From an uncultured virus (IMG/VR IMGVR_UViG_3300037153_000351) (Duplodnaviria > Heunggongvirae > Uroviricota > Caudoviricetes): 64,000 nucleotides of DNA. Numbering within the stretch: position 1 is the stretch's first letter; each line of letters begins with the position of its first letter. The stretch lies in IMG/VR virus record IMGVR_UViG_3300037153_000351. One strand, 5' to 3'. The notes under the pieces were generated by a model. That model was not told the DNA's origin. It ran no database searches and was given only the letters and a program-made list of their open reading frames with translations. Below are positions 53,906-64,000 of the stretch, in pieces. The position numbers and the translations under genes were made by a program.

Positions 53906-55693
53906 CTATAAGATGGCTTGGTCAACTCCACGGGAGTATTGAAGACGAAATTGATTCAATACCGCGAAGATACGTAACTGATTCACAAGATCGGGCGGGT
54001 AAAGGACATTCAAACGGTTGGGATCATTTGCATCCCTTTCCACTATTAGGTTTGCCTTGAAGTTATTCGCGTCCTCCACAAGACCTATGAATTCGTCGTC
54101 GCGGTATTGCGCCACGAGTTCGGCTTTGACGATCTTCGGTGTGACGATGGCCTGTCCCGCGCCGAACCTCGTCCCGTCGTTGGCGAGTTTATGGCGTGGG
54201 AATTTGGTCGTGATGGCGTGGCGTTGATTGCGAATGAGCCTTGCCAGCGTGGCGAGCGTGGTGACGAGCTCGAACGCATCATCGCCAAACCCGTATAGGT
54301 TTACTTGATACGTCGTGGTTTCACGGGCGATCATCGGCACGTTATCGGAGAGCGTGCGTTGCGTCGCGACACCCGAGCTCGACAATGCATTGAGCTCGGC
54401 GAGGTTGAATCGATGATGGAACGGCGCGGGCTTGATGCCTTCCATGTGCAGGGTTTGCAGCGGGCGGGCCGGATCATTGATCAGCGCGCGCGCGGCCTTC
54501 GCGGTATAGGCGGCCGCCACTTCATAGGCCGGCGAAAGCACCTTGGGTTCCATCCCCATGGTCGAGAGGATCTTGCCGTTGCGGGTGAGGCCCCACGTGA
54601 TCAGGTCGGAATAGGATCCGCGCTTGGCCGCGAACAGATGGCCATAGAGTTGGCGCATCCAGCCCCATCGGCCGGTGTCGGAAAAATCCCACTCCCCTTC
54701 CCACGCCAGCAACGACGTGGAATCGGTGTAGCCGCCGAGCGAGACAAATTCATATTCCGTTTCGCCGAGGTTACTGATGACGTTGTCGAAATCCGGCACG
54801 CCGACGCCGCCGCTCAACGTGTAACCGGAATAGACCAGCGAGAGGCCGACCGGCAATTGCTCGCCGCCGATGCGCCCGAAATAGCTATCGGTCATCGTGA
54901 TATCGTTGCCGCTCGTGCCCAACCATTTGCATGTGAGCGTAATGATCGCGGCATTTGCGACCGCCGTGACCGGCAAGTCCTCGTCTTCGTTGATCTCGTC
55001 GGCGACCATTGATGCGACCTCGTTCACGGTCGCGGTAGCATAAATATTGGTGCGGACATTCACGCCGGCGATATAGAGATGAATTGTCCCGGCTTCGCTC
55101 GGCGGTGTGGCGATCGTGATGGTGCCGTTCGCCGCGGTGCCGCCTTCCGGTTCGGCGACGCCCACCGCCCACACCTCATTCGCGAAATTGTTTCGGTAAT
55201 AGGCTTTGAGCGAATTGGCGAGCTCGCTACCTCTGCCGAAATAATGGTCGGCGTCCATCTGGCGATTTACGATCACAGGGACGTCGGGGATCGCGACACC
55301 CGTTCCGGTGCCGGGGATATCCTCCCATGTCACGGTAAACGATGCATTGGTCCCCGTGCCGCTCGTGCTGACTTGCTGCACTGGATTGACCGGCACCGCG
55401 CCGACCGAAACGCTCCCGGGATTGGTGACCGTGACGGTTGCGACCGCGCCCGTTGTGACGGTGTCGACCGTGAGAACGACGCCGTTTCCCAAATCAATCG
55501 TATCGGCGGCGGCATAACCGGATCCGCCGGCGGCGACGACCGCGTTTTGCACGCGCTTCGCTTTGACCGACATGGTGCCGACGACCAGCGAACGCATATG
55601 CGAGCGCGGATATCCGGCTTTCGAGCCGTCGATCTCAACCCAATAAAGGGGTTGCTTCCAATTTGCGGGGATATCTTGGAACGAGATAGGCAT
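53906..55693 (-). CDS. tail sheath protein (Mu gpL-like)
   Basis: PLYWVEID, FGRGSELA, DPARPLQTL, RHKLANDG, VERDANDPNRLNVLYPPDLVNQLRIFA. Confidence 0.95.
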   Translation of the reverse strand: MPISFQDIPANWKQPLYWVEIDGSKAGYPRSHMRSLVVGTMSVKAKRVQNAVVAAGGSGYAAADTIDLGNGVVLTVDTVTTGAVATVTVTNPGSVSVGAVPVNPVQQVSTSGTGTNASFTVTWEDIPGTGTGVAIPDVPVIVNRQMDADHYFGRGSELANSLKAYYRNNFANEVWAVGVAEPEGGTAANGTITIATPPSEAGTIHLYIAGVNVRTNIYATATVNEVASMVADEINEDEDLPVTAVANAAIITLTCKWLGTSGNDITMTDSYFGRIGGEQLPVGLSLVYSGYTLSGGVGVPDFDNVISNLGETEYEFVSLGGYTDSTSLLAWEGEWDFSDTGRWGWMRQLYGHLFAAKRGSYSDLITWGLTRNGKILSTMGMEPKVLSPAYEVAAAYTAKAARALINDPARPLQTLHMEGIKPAPFHHRFNLAELNALSSSGVATQRTLSDNVPMIARETTTYQVNLYGFGDDAFELVTTLATLARLIRNQRHAITTKFPRHKLANDGTRFGAGQAIVTPKIVKAELVAQYRDDEFIGLVEDANNFKANLIVERDANDPNRLNVLYPPDLVNQLRIFAVLNQFRLQYSRGVDQAIL

Positions 55694-55774
55694 GGGGGTT
55701 TCTCCTGCTTATGAGCGAGAATCGTCGTGCCCCCGAATGGGCGACGCGACGACGGATTAGGCGTTAGCGAGAGG

Positions 55775-56080
55775 TTATTCGGTGGGGCGAGTTTGATCGG
55801 CGACGCGACGACGACGCGCTTCGGTTTGCTGTTCGGCCGGCCGCGCTTGTTGTTCGGCCGGTTGCTGTTGCTGTTCCGCCGGCTCGTCTTTCACGAGCTC
55901 AACGTCGCCGTCGTTGATACGGCGTTTCGTGAATTGATCGAACGGCCAATGCGAAATGCCGTCCTTATTGAATTTGAAATTCGTCGGCTTGTGGACAAGG
56001 TGCTCCCGCACGTTGTCTTTCAAGGCGCGAACCTTGACGGTCGGCACCCTGTTTTCTTCAACGACGCGAGTTTTTGCCAT
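55775..56080 (-). CDS. Mu gp38/DUF2635-like protein
   Basis: WPFDQFTKRRINDGDVE, just upstream of the sheath. Confidence 0.6.
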   Translation of the reverse strand: MAKTRVVEENRVPTVKVRALKDNVREHLVHKPTNFKFNKDGISHWPFDQFTKRRINDGDVELVKDEPAEQQQQPAEQQARPAEQQTEARRRRVADQTRPTE

Positions 56081-56092
56081 TTGGGATTCCTC

Positions 56093-56797
56093 CTATGGTG
56101 GCGGTTGTGGTCCCCAATCGGGCGGAACAACCGGGCCGCTTGGCAAACCATCGTCCGAGGTGAGGTCATAGACGACCGTGAACGGCTCGCGCTCGTTCGG
56201 GTCATACGGCCACGGGTAGGCAACGGTGATATGCATGAGGTCGAGGTGATCGGGCACGTAGGGCGGAAATTCGATGCGATGCGTGAACGTGAGATCCATC
56301 TGTAATTCCGCCCACGAGGTTTCGTGCTGTTGTCCGGGCGGGCCGAAATTGAATCGGCGGTTGCCGCCGGTGACGGCCTCGATCTTGAGATGTTGTTGAA
56401 TCACTCTGCCGCGATAGTCGGTGATCTTCATGAACTCGCCGTCGCACACGCCATAATCCCACCACGCTTGATTCTCGAACAAGCGCATGATGGTCCAGCC
56501 GGCGGCGTCAAGATTGTCCTGCGCGACCTTGTTGTCGTTTGACACGACTTGGATCGAGAATCCGAGGCGCGCGGCGCAGGCGAACCGCGGTTGCCCGTGA
56601 TTGCCCTGCCCGTCCTCGGTGAACCGTTCCTCGATCACGTAACAACCGAGATAGGGCAGGTTCTCCGGTTGCACGGGCCCCTTCATCGGATTGTAAGAAA
56701 ACAGCTTGACCGATTTGAACGTCGGAACGGCTTTCAAACGATCCACGAACTTGTCGCGGATGATATAGGTCGGCGAGTTTATGTCGGCGTTGTTCAT
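56093..56797 (-). CDS. putative tail terminator/completion protein
   Basis: Position; IRDKFVDRL..ENLPYLGCY..E. Confidence 0.5.
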   Translation of the reverse strand: MNNADINSPTYIIRDKFVDRLKAVPTFKSVKLFSYNPMKGPVQPENLPYLGCYVIEERFTEDGQGNHGQPRFACAARLGFSIQVVSNDNKVAQDNLDAAGWTIMRLFENQAWWDYGVCDGEFMKITDYRGRVIQQHLKIEAVTGGNRRFNFGPPGQQHETSWAELQMDLTFTHRIEFPPYVPDHLDLMHITVAYPWPYDPNEREPFTVVYDLTSDDGLPSGPVVPPDWGPQPPP

Positions 56798-57222
56798 GTG
56801 AGGACCGGCATTGCAAAGTCGAGCGCGCCGACAGAGAACCCGATCGCCGCGGCGTCATAGGCGAATAGTTTTGGTTCCTCGAGCCGCTTCAATTGCAGGG
56901 TGATTTCGCCGCCGGCGTTGTTGGGCGAGAGATCGGCGATTTCAAAATCGCCGCCGTCGACGTCCTCATGGAACGGGATCCGCACGATATCTTTCTGCCG
57001 CGGCAGAATGCCGAACTCGTCCGCCAGAATGTCGAGCTCGATCCGCGCCGACGACACCATGACTTCGGTGAACGCCTCGATATCCATGTCGTTGCTATCG
57101 AAGATCCCGCGCGCGTCATACGCGCCCGCGCCCGGAATGCTTGCGAGCGGTTGAATGGTGATCGGCCGCGCGAACAGGTCGAAACACGGCTCATAGACAT
57201 TTCGTAGAAAATTCACCGCCAT
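56794..57222 (-). CDS. head-tail joining protein (gpFII-like)
   Basis: ARGIFD..LDILADEF..PRQKD..FEI..GGEITLQLK. Confidence 0.65.
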   Translation of the reverse strand: MAVNFLRNVYEPCFDLFARPITIQPLASIPGAGAYDARGIFDSNDMDIEAFTEVMVSSARIELDILADEFGILPRQKDIVRIPFHEDVDGGDFEIADLSPNNAGGEITLQLKRLEEPKLFAYDAAAIGFSVGALDFAMPVLT

Positions 57223-57343
57223 GGATATTGACCTTCCCTCTGCCGCCGCGGAATATTCCGGGCATGCGCCGCCGTCCTCTCAGCGTGAGTGTGAAAGCAT
57301 CAAAGCGCGCATGGATTGCGCGCAAGCGCAGGTCGCGCGCGAC

Positions 57344-57619
57344 TCACCAATCTCGATCGGGCCGTTCGAAAAACCAGACGAAACGGCGATAAAGAACCTT
57401 CTCTTGCATGCTCGCGATTTTGGCCGCCGTGACTTGCACCCGCCGGCGGCGTCCGCCGAATGCTCCGCCGCGTCGCCGGCGCACCTCGCGGCCGCCCGCC
57501 CACGCGTAGGAGCGCGCGCGCCGTTCGCCTTCCGCGGCCGCTTGCGGCACGAGATTGTCGGCTCGCCACTCGAACAGGGAAATGAGCTTGTCGAGCTCCC
57601 ACGTGTCGACGGTGATCAT
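57344..57619 (-). CDS. hypothetical basic protein (neck region)
   Basis: 91-aa ORF starting just after the connector gene. Confidence 0.45.
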   Translation of the reverse strand: MITVDTWELDKLISLFEWRADNLVPQAAAEGERRARSYAWAGGREVRRRRGGAFGGRRRRVQVTAAKIASMQEKVLYRRFVWFFERPDRDW

Positions 57620-57626
57620 GGATTTT

Positions 57627-58262
57627 TCAAATCCAATGCCGGTAATAATGTTCGAGCACGTTCTTGACCGAATTCCACGTTTGCGTGCTTACGCCCGACG
57701 TTGCCGTGGTCGACCCGCTTTGCGTTGGCGAGTGATATTGCACGCGCGCTTGTTTGTGCGCGATCATGCGCACGCCCGTGAGCGACGGCGGGCGTTGCGA
57801 TGACGTATAGGCTTCGCGCGAGACGGCGGTCACCGCCGCCTTGAGATCGTAGGGGGCCTCGTCGGGCAAGTGGTAACCGCCGGAATAAATCGAGTCGACC
57901 ACGCCGGCGAAATCGCCATACAGCGTCCCGGTTTTTTCCTCCAACGTCCAATTCGTATCAAGCAAAATGTCGACGCCGTTCAAGGTCAGCACCTCGATAT
58001 CGGAGAATTTCACCGGCCATTGCGAAAAAAACAATTCCTTCGTGCCGGCCTCGATTTCGAAAAACGTCTCGGTGACTTTCTGATATCCGAATACACGATT
58101 GACGAGGCGGGCGACCGCCGCCGACATTTCGGTGTTGATCAGCGCAAGCGTTGCATCTTTCGTCGTGTCGCCCGGGGTCACGGCAAGCAACAATTTGAGC
58201 TCGTCGACCGTGACGAGATCAATCGAGTCGGGCTCGATCAGCACGTTCATAATCTGTTTCAT
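57627..58262 (-). CDS. head-tail connector/adaptor (gp6-like)
   Basis: [28 protein letters not shown]. Confidence 0.72.
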   Translation of the reverse strand: MKQIMNVLIEPDSIDLVTVDELKLLLAVTPGDTTKDATLALINTEMSAAVARLVNRVFGYQKVTETFFEIEAGTKELFFSQWPVKFSDIEVLTLNGVDILLDTNWTLEEKTGTLYGDFAGVVDSIYSGGYHLPDEAPYDLKAAVTAVSREAYTSSQRPPSLTGVRMIAHKQARVQYHSPTQSGSTTATSGVSTQTWNSVKNVLEHYYRHWI

Positions 58263-59620
58263 CGCGCCGCCTCGTCGTGGAATTTCCGGAACAGCGCACG
58301 CAATTCGAGTCGCGGGCCCTCGCTCCCGTTGGTCATGATCGGCGTCGCCGTGTAGTTGGCGGCGTCGATATGCCATGCCCGGATGCTCGCTCCGGGCTCG
58401 CCGCGATCGCCGCGGTCGCCTTTGCGCCCCGACGGGCCGACCCGCCATCCCGGCCCCGGGCAGGGCCCCGGATTATTTTGCACCGCAGCGAACCATGAGC
58501 CGTTGAGGGTGACGACGCTCAACGCCGGATAATTTTCGGCCGCATCATAGGGCCCACGGATCTCCAATCCCCGTCCCGGTTCGCCCGGTTTGCCATCTGC
58601 ACCGTCACGTCCATTCGCGCCCGCTGCGGCGACGAGTTGCCAAGTGTCGCTCGATCCATGTCCCGGCTCGGCCGCAGTGTCGGCGATGGCCTGCCAGCAT
58701 GAGCCCCGGTAAACGACCAATTCATTCGCATAAGTGACGCTCCCGGGTTGCCATTCGCCTTTAACCGCCTTGAGGATTCCCATGGGCCCCTGCGGGCCTT
58801 GTGGGCCTTCGGGGCCGCGGCGACCTTGCGGGCCTTCCGGGCCGACGGGCCCGGGGTTGCCTATCGGCCCCTCGGGGCCACGTTCACCCGCGACACCCGC
58901 AGGGCCGGATTGACCCGGTTCGCCTTGGACACCTTGCGGACCAATGGGCCCGGGCGAGCCGTCGTTGCCTTGAACACCTTGCGGGCCCGTTTCACCTTGC
59001 TTGCCATCGTTGCCTTGCTCCCCTTTTGGGCCCGCCGCTCCGGGCGGGCCCTGTGGTCCTATGGGGCCTTGCGGGCCGGTTTCGCCCATGGGGCCCGGAT
59101 TTCCGACCGGGCCGACGTCGCCCTGTGGGCCCTGTTGCCCGGATGGCCCCTCTTGCCCCTGCGGGCCGATTTCGCCGACGGGGCCCGCAGGACCGGGAGG
59201 ACCGTTGGCCCCTTGTGCCCCATCGGCCCCCGCGGGCCCTTGCGGGCCGGCGGGGCCTGCGGGCCCGCTATCGCCGGCGGGACCGCTCGGCCCTTGCGGC
59301 CCCTGCGGCCCCGGCTCGCCGTCCTTGACGGTTGCCAGCTTGGCCGACATCTCGACCCGGAGCGCGGCCTTTAACTCACTGATTTCGTTGCGCAGAGTCG
59401 ACAATGTTTCCCGGGAAACACTTTCGAGCTCACGCATGTGCGCCATCGCTGCGCGCAACTCCGCGGCAAAGATCTCGGTTTCCTTGCGCCATTCGCGGCG
59501 CAGTTCCGAAATGACGACGCCGCCAGCCTCGACAAGGCCGTCGTCAAGCTCGTCCTGCATGTTCGCGGCGATCAATTCGCCGTGCCCGTTTAAGGAATTG
59601 TTGTCCGAGGGATCGTCCAT
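58259..59620 (-). CDS. collagen-like protein: coiled coil, about 60 Gly-X-Y triplets, Trp-rich C-domain
   Basis: Uninterrupted GXY run; [26 protein letters not shown]. Confidence 0.8.
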   Translation of the reverse strand: MDDPSDNNSLNGHGELIAANMQDELDDGLVEAGGVVISELRREWRKETEIFAAELRAAMAHMRELESVSRETLSTLRNEISELKAALRVEMSAKLATVKDGEPGPQGPQGPSGPAGDSGPAGPAGPQGPAGADGAQGANGPPGPAGPVGEIGPQGQEGPSGQQGPQGDVGPVGNPGPMGETGPQGPIGPQGPPGAAGPKGEQGNDGKQGETGPQGVQGNDGSPGPIGPQGVQGEPGQSGPAGVAGERGPEGPIGNPGPVGPEGPQGRRGPEGPQGPQGPMGILKAVKGEWQPGSVTYANELVVYRGSCWQAIADTAAEPGHGSSDTWQLVAAAGANGRDGADGKPGEPGRGLEIRGPYDAAENYPALSVVTLNGSWFAAVQNNPGPCPGPGWRVGPSGRKGDRGDRGEPGASIRAWHIDAANYTATPIMTNGSEGPRLELRALFRKFHDEAAR

Positions 59621-60974
59621 TGGTCTTGCTCCCGGGTGCGGTCGGCCCCGGTTGTTTCGGGGCGGGCGGAGCGGACGGCGAGGCCGGCGGGATTGTTATT
59701 TTTCCCGGCGCACCCGGCGCAGGGATGGCACCCGCAGCACTTAGGGGCACCTGTTGCTGTTGGACCCTAGGCTCGTCTCCGTGCGGAACGTCGTCATAAC
59801 CTTCTAGATTGCGGGCTTCGTTAGGCGCGAGGATTCCGCCGAGCACGGCCTCTTTTAATGAGGTCATTCGATCCTTGAAGGCGGAGCGCAGCAAGGCGGC
59901 CGTGTCGAATTCACAATATTCGTCGGGTTGGCCCTTGAGCTCGAACGTCACGCCAATCGCTTCCTCGACGTGATTCAAACAAAAACCGAGGCCGGTCGAG
60001 ACCCACAATTGCATAAGCGCTTCGGTCGAGGAAAACGGCGAGCCGCCGAGGCCAAGCACCTGCAACGGGATCCGGAACGCCAAGGCGATATCCTGATCGG
60101 TCGCCTTCATGATCTCCGCGAGTTGCGCGTCGCGCGAGGTCATGGTGATCGGATGCGGCTTGAGGCCAGCGGTTAGGATTGGCGTACCGCCTGCGCCCTC
60201 GCCGCGGGTTTGCTCGTTCCATCGCTCGCGCGCGGCCGCGACCTGATCCTTGTCGAGGATCTGATCGGTCGACAACACGAACGACGGTTGCGCGCGGTTG
60301 AGAAAAAATTTCAATTGCTGTTGCTTCATGGCGTCGCCGGCGCAGATATCCGGCGCGGCCGACAACAGCGGGCTTTCGCCTTTGAGCGGGTCGCGGCCCG
60401 TGTGCAAGCGGATATGCAGCACGTCACGGCGGGGCACGAGTTCGAGCGGCCCGAATTCTTCCTCGATTATAACATTGCCGCGTAATTTGTAAAAAACATC
60501 GCCGTTCTCGGCGACGCGTGCAGCGCATTGTCGTGGATCCATCAAATGCATCTGTTCGATTTCGAACCGTGAATTGCGGATGCAATAGGCATAGGCGTTG
60601 CCGTCGAGATATAAATCGCGGACGGCATTCAACATGAAATCGGAAATTGAATCATATTCATTCGGGTGCCGCAGGATCCGCGACAGGGCCGAGGTCGTGA
60701 TGCGATCGCGTCCGCCTTTCTTGTTGCTTTTCCAATGGTCGCCCGGGAGCATGGCGACGGTTTGCGAATAGGCCGACACGCACGCCTCGACGATGGCCGA
60801 GCGCGCGCCGGCGGGAACCGGGTCATATCCGAGTTGCCACCAATTCCAATATTGGCCGACGTCGTGCGAAAGATATCCGCCCGTGACCGGCAAGAGATAG
60901 GGGCCGGGACGATAAGCCCCCTCGGCCGCTTTCGCGGCCGGGGGGACAATCGGAACGGACGTCCGAGCGGTCAT
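59544..60974 (-). CDS. portal protein, HK97 family
   Basis: [46 protein letters not shown]. Confidence 0.92.
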   Translation of the reverse strand: MTARTSVPIVPPAAKAAEGAYRPGPYLLPVTGGYLSHDVGQYWNWWQLGYDPVPAGARSAIVEACVSAYSQTVAMLPGDHWKSNKKGGRDRITTSALSRILRHPNEYDSISDFMLNAVRDLYLDGNAYAYCIRNSRFEIEQMHLMDPRQCAARVAENGDVFYKLRGNVIIEEEFGPLELVPRRDVLHIRLHTGRDPLKGESPLLSAAPDICAGDAMKQQQLKFFLNRAQPSFVLSTDQILDKDQVAAARERWNEQTRGEGAGGTPILTAGLKPHPITMTSRDAQLAEIMKATDQDIALAFRIPLQVLGLGGSPFSSTEALMQLWVSTGLGFCLNHVEEAIGVTFELKGQPDEYCEFDTAALLRSAFKDRMTSLKEAVLGGILAPNEARNLEGYDDVPHGDEPRVQQQQVPLSAAGAIPAPGAPGKITIPPASPSAPPAPKQPGPTAPGSKTNGRSLGQQFLKRARRIDRREHAGRA

Positions 60975-61279
60975 TCGCGCCGCGTAGTCGCACGCGTATC
61001 ATGTGGGGCCGCCGCCGTGGCCTGCCGGGTTTGATAAGTTCCCGGTTTCTTGGCCTCGACGGTACGGCCCGCCCATTTCTCGGCGTGAACATCCGGCCCG
61101 CTGCCGTCATCCTCATGTTCGAGAATGTGCTCGCCGAGCTTGGCGCGATCATTCTCGGCTTGTGTCGGGGTCGGCTTGCCTTGTGCGCGCTCGGCATATT
61201 GCCGATTGGATTCCTCGACAATTTTCTGATCGGCTTCGAGCCTCGCTTTGATGTTTGCTTGATTGGGATCGTCGGCCAT
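60971..61279 (-). CDS. hypothetical protein (head region)
   Basis: GKPTPTQAENDRAKLG..YQTRQATA; AGGAGG SD. Confidence 0.7.
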   Translation of the reverse strand: MADDPNQANIKARLEADQKIVEESNRQYAERAQGKPTPTQAENDRAKLGEHILEHEDDGSGPDVHAEKWAGRTVEAKKPGTYQTRQATAAAPHDTRATTRRE

Positions 61280-61322
61280 GGGTTGGCCTCCTATGCTAGA
61301 GTTTCAGGTGAGCTTAGAACGA

Positions 61323-61353
61323 TTGCGCAACCATTAAGGTTGCGCAACCATTA
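61323..61353. repeat. tandem TTGCGCAACCATTA that also forms a 10-bp hairpin after the capsid stop
   Basis: Copies at 61323-61336 and 61340-61353. Confidence 0.55.
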
Positions 61354-63711
61354 TCACCATGTGATCGCGGAGACGTAGGAAACCATGCCCGTGCGCCGCA
61401 TGACCCAATTCATCCTTTGGATCATTCGCAGTGCAAGGGTATCAGTTTGCCACAGTGACCTAACCGGAGTCGCCGCAGTGCCCGCACCCGTGCCGCCGAC
61501 AATCGGCGCGGGATTCGTGTCTTCCTCGTGAATCGTCGCTTGGTCGCTAATGTCAAAAGCGGGGGCTTCTCCGCCGACAGTAACGAAATCCGCCGCGTCG
61601 AGTAGGATAACCGTTTTCACGGGCACGGTTCCGGAATCGATGACCGGGATATTGAGCAACGTTCCGCGCGCCAACTCGTCACGGAATGGCATGAGGCCTG
61701 TGTTCGGCGGAACGATCATGCTTGCCGAGAGCACGTCGCCCGGGTTCATGAGAAAAACCGGCGAGCGCAGATTGCCCTGTGTCGAGGTAACGAGCGCACC
61801 GACGAGATTCTTGATATCGCCGATAATCGCGTTGAAGGCATTGCCGCCGAGCGCCGTCGGGGTTTGACCCGAAACGCCGTTGAGCAAGCCCGCGGGACGA
61901 ATGGTCGTCGCCGCATTGCTATCGAGCAACACGCTATCGAGCGCGACCGAGGTATCGTCCGAGATAGCTTCACGCAAAAGCCCCTCGATGGCCGGGATAG
62001 AGTATTGATCGATCTCCTTTGTCCAGCTCGTGATCACGGCCATCTTTTTCGGAGTTAACACTTGACTCGTGAACGCGCCGCGCCGCACGGGGATCGGCAT
62101 ACCCTCGCCGACGAATGAGCCGGCGATGGTCGGGGTTGCGCTGCGCATCGGGATATTGATGCGACCGGCACGACCGAACGACAATTGCAGGCCCCTCGCC
62201 GCGAGCCGCGGATATACACTTTGAGGCTGGAGGAGTCCGAGGTAATCCGCGTTAATTTGCGTCACGAGTTCGGCCGCCCATCCGGTGACTGTCGTCAAGG
62301 CCGGATTGACCGCCGCGCGCGTGTGCCAATCAACGACGGCGCGCATCTTGTCGTTATTGTAGGGCTCGTATCCCTTGCAGATTTCCTCCGGCGAGCGATT
62401 GAAGATCCGCGCGAGATAGGTCACCACGCCGGTGCGCACGACATAGTCGAGCGGCTTGATTTCTTTCGAACCGGGCGGGGCGAAAAAGCTCTTGCGGCGC
62501 TCGCGTTCGGCCTCGCTCACGTCGTGGCCGTTACCGTTGTGATGGCGCACGACCTGCACATTGCTATCGTGGCCGTCGCCATTGCTCGGCGTTGTGTGGC
62601 CGGCGAGGTTGCGCTCCGACTCTTCGAGCATGGAGAGAGTCTTTTTCGCCTGCGCGATTTTGCCGTTGAGCGTGGTCGTGGTTTGCATTTGCTCGTCGGT
62701 GACGTTGGAATCGTCGAGCCGACCGATATGCTCCCCAAGCTCGTCGGAATATTGGACGAGCCGCTTTTGGATTTCCTGAATTCTAGCAGCAAGGCCGCTC
62801 ATGGCGGTGCCCTTTCCTGTAGCGTTTGACGATGTGGCGTGCTTGCCATGGGAGGCGTCGGCGGATCGTTTTGGCGTGCTTGCCCGAGTCCTCGACGAAA
62901 TGAGACGCACCACGTTTCTATTGATGGCGTGCTTGCCGAAAACGAGGTGTTCCGTCTCTTGGGAAATGTGCAGCGACTTGACGACCGCCAATGCGTTCGG
63001 GTTGGCGGGGATACTTACGAGCGACGTCTCGACGAGCTCGTGTTTGGTGAACCGTTGCGGCCCGAAAGGATCCTTGTCCTTTTCGTTGAGCGGTTTCGAT
63101 TCGATCGGCCGGAAACCGACCGACACCGCGCGCAGGATTCCGGCTTGCACGAGCCGGCGGATCTCGTCGATCCGTTCCGAGGTGCCTTCCGGCGCGAGCA
63201 TGAGCTCGCCGCGTAATGAATTCTTGTCGGTGCGCACGTTGCGCCATGTGCCGATCGGAAAATTAGGATTGTGGTTGAAGAGAGCCAAGGGGTTGCGGAG
63301 GAAATTTTTGAAATCCCATCCGGCGACATCGATCACGTCGCCGAACCGATCCGGGGTTGCGTCCGATAAAATGAATTCCGTTCCGCTTCCTTGTGTCGTG
63401 GTTTGCTTGTGCACGAGCTTGGCACCCGCGCGTTCCTCCCACGCGATTTGACATGCGTCCTCGGCCTCGTCCTCGTCGGCCCCCGCGTCGGTGAGCTCGC
63501 CAATGCAGCGATCCATATATTCGCCGTGCGATTCACCGTCCTCCGGGATTGGCACGTCGTCCAATTGCTTATTGCGATTGCGCCAAATGTCGAGGCATGC
63601 GGCGACCGCCTGTTCCTGTGGCCGCTTATCCTCGCCGGTGCCAATCATTTCCGGGACGCATCGCGACATCCATTCCGACTGCGATTCACCTTTGTGCGGT
63701 TTGATCGGCAT
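61354..63711 (-). CDS. prohead protease - major capsid protein fusion (HK97 fold)
   Basis: DRFGDVI..NPLALFNH..PIG..AVSVGF..LVETSLVSIPANPNA; then FVGEGMPIP..LTPKK..SLWQTD..R. Confidence 0.9.
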   Translation of the reverse strand: MPIKPHKGESQSEWMSRCVPEMIGTGEDKRPQEQAVAACLDIWRNRNKQLDDVPIPEDGESHGEYMDRCIGELTDAGADEDEAEDACQIAWEERAGAKLVHKQTTTQGSGTEFILSDATPDRFGDVIDVAGWDFKNFLRNPLALFNHNPNFPIGTWRNVRTDKNSLRGELMLAPEGTSERIDEIRRLVQAGILRAVSVGFRPIESKPLNEKDKDPFGPQRFTKHELVETSLVSIPANPNALAVVKSLHISQETEHLVFGKHAINRNVVRLISSRTRASTPKRSADASHGKHATSSNATGKGTAMSGLAARIQEIQKRLVQYSDELGEHIGRLDDSNVTDEQMQTTTTLNGKIAQAKKTLSMLEESERNLAGHTTPSNGDGHDSNVQVVRHHNGNGHDVSEAERERRKSFFAPPGSKEIKPLDYVVRTGVVTYLARIFNRSPEEICKGYEPYNNDKMRAVVDWHTRAAVNPALTTVTGWAAELVTQINADYLGLLQPQSVYPRLAARGLQLSFGRAGRINIPMRSATPTIAGSFVGEGMPIPVRRGAFTSQVLTPKKMAVITSWTKEIDQYSIPAIEGLLREAISDDTSVALDSVLLDSNAATTIRPAGLLNGVSGQTPTALGGNAFNAIIGDIKNLVGALVTSTQGNLRSPVFLMNPGDVLSASMIVPPNTGLMPFRDELARGTLLNIPVIDSGTVPVKTVILLDAADFVTVGGEAPAFDISDQATIHEEDTNPAPIVGGTGAGTAATPVRSLWQTDTLALRMIQRMNWVMRRTGMVSYVSAITW

Positions 63712-63724
63712 GGCGGATCCTTTC

Positions 63725-64000
63725 TCACCAACGGCCTATCGTCCAAGCGACGCCGGCTTGCGAGCGCAGCGCCCATGAGACGGGAAGGCGGAGACGAATT
63801 GCGACGCAATCGGTTTGCCACGTGGATTGCGTTGGGCCGGTCATGAGGTCGGTTGGTGCATTTTCCATTTGCAAGGTGTTCTCGCGCCGCGCCGATATTT
63901 CCGGCACACCATCGAATGCGGAAACCAGCACGTCGGGCGCAACCGCGATCATGTCATTGGTGCCGCGCAGCGCGCGTGTGCCGATCATGGTGACGGGCTC
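63725..64000 (-). CDS. second capsid-like protein, C-terminal fragment (truncated by window edge)
   Basis: PEIS..TLQME..PTQSTWQTDCVAIRLRLPVSWALR..GVAW..W aligns with the capsid C-terminus. Confidence 0.7.
   Translation of the reverse strand, partial: EPVTMIGTRALRGTNDMIAVAPDVLVSAFDGVPEISARRENTLQMENAPTDLMTGPTQSTWQTDCVAIRLRLPVSWALRSQAGVAWTIGRW

Noticed and set aside
59544..59620. Portal-collagen frameshift fusion
   Set aside because: The collagen gene has its own GGGAG SD and ATG, and no convincing slippery site is visible
59001..59744. Plus-strand GPC/GP-repeat ORF (also 32137-32397)
   Set aside because: Mirror frame of the collagen Gly-X-Y codons

Overview
The window holds most of a high-GC temperate tailed phage genome. 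The host is most likely an alphaproteobacterium, inferred from the GapR-like protein, YdaS/Cro, AAA_25 helicase and NusG-type late regulator. Left arm, minus strand: terminase-type HNH nuclease, NusG/RfaH-like antiterminator, an iteron-rich putative origin, a repeat-punctuated array of small genes, Xis-like protein, tyrosine integrase and Cro. Middle: a ParB-like operon, the replication/modification module (AAA_25 helicase, RuvC-like resolvase, MT-A70 methyltransferase, GapR-like protein), YqaJ/RecT recombination genes and about 35 small accessory ORFs. Right half, minus strand: an HK97-type head (protease-capsid fusion, portal, collagen-like protein), a Mu-like contractile tail and baseplate, and a lysis region. 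No terminase genes are visible; they probably lie beyond position 64000. The most striking observation is a non-structural 202-aa gene (3353-3961) whose N-terminus is a spliced, order-swapped copy of the C- and N-terminal arms of this phage's own tail sheath, conserved in protein sequence despite synonymous divergence. Other notable items: a 7-repeat ALEGK*-MS gene-cassette array, two tandem tape-measure-like paralogs with different peptidoglycan hydrolase domains, a split DNA-circulation gene, a collagen-stalk YadA-like autotransporter, and a tail fibre gene that appears to start at ATT. All family calls come from motif recognition by eye, not from database searches.
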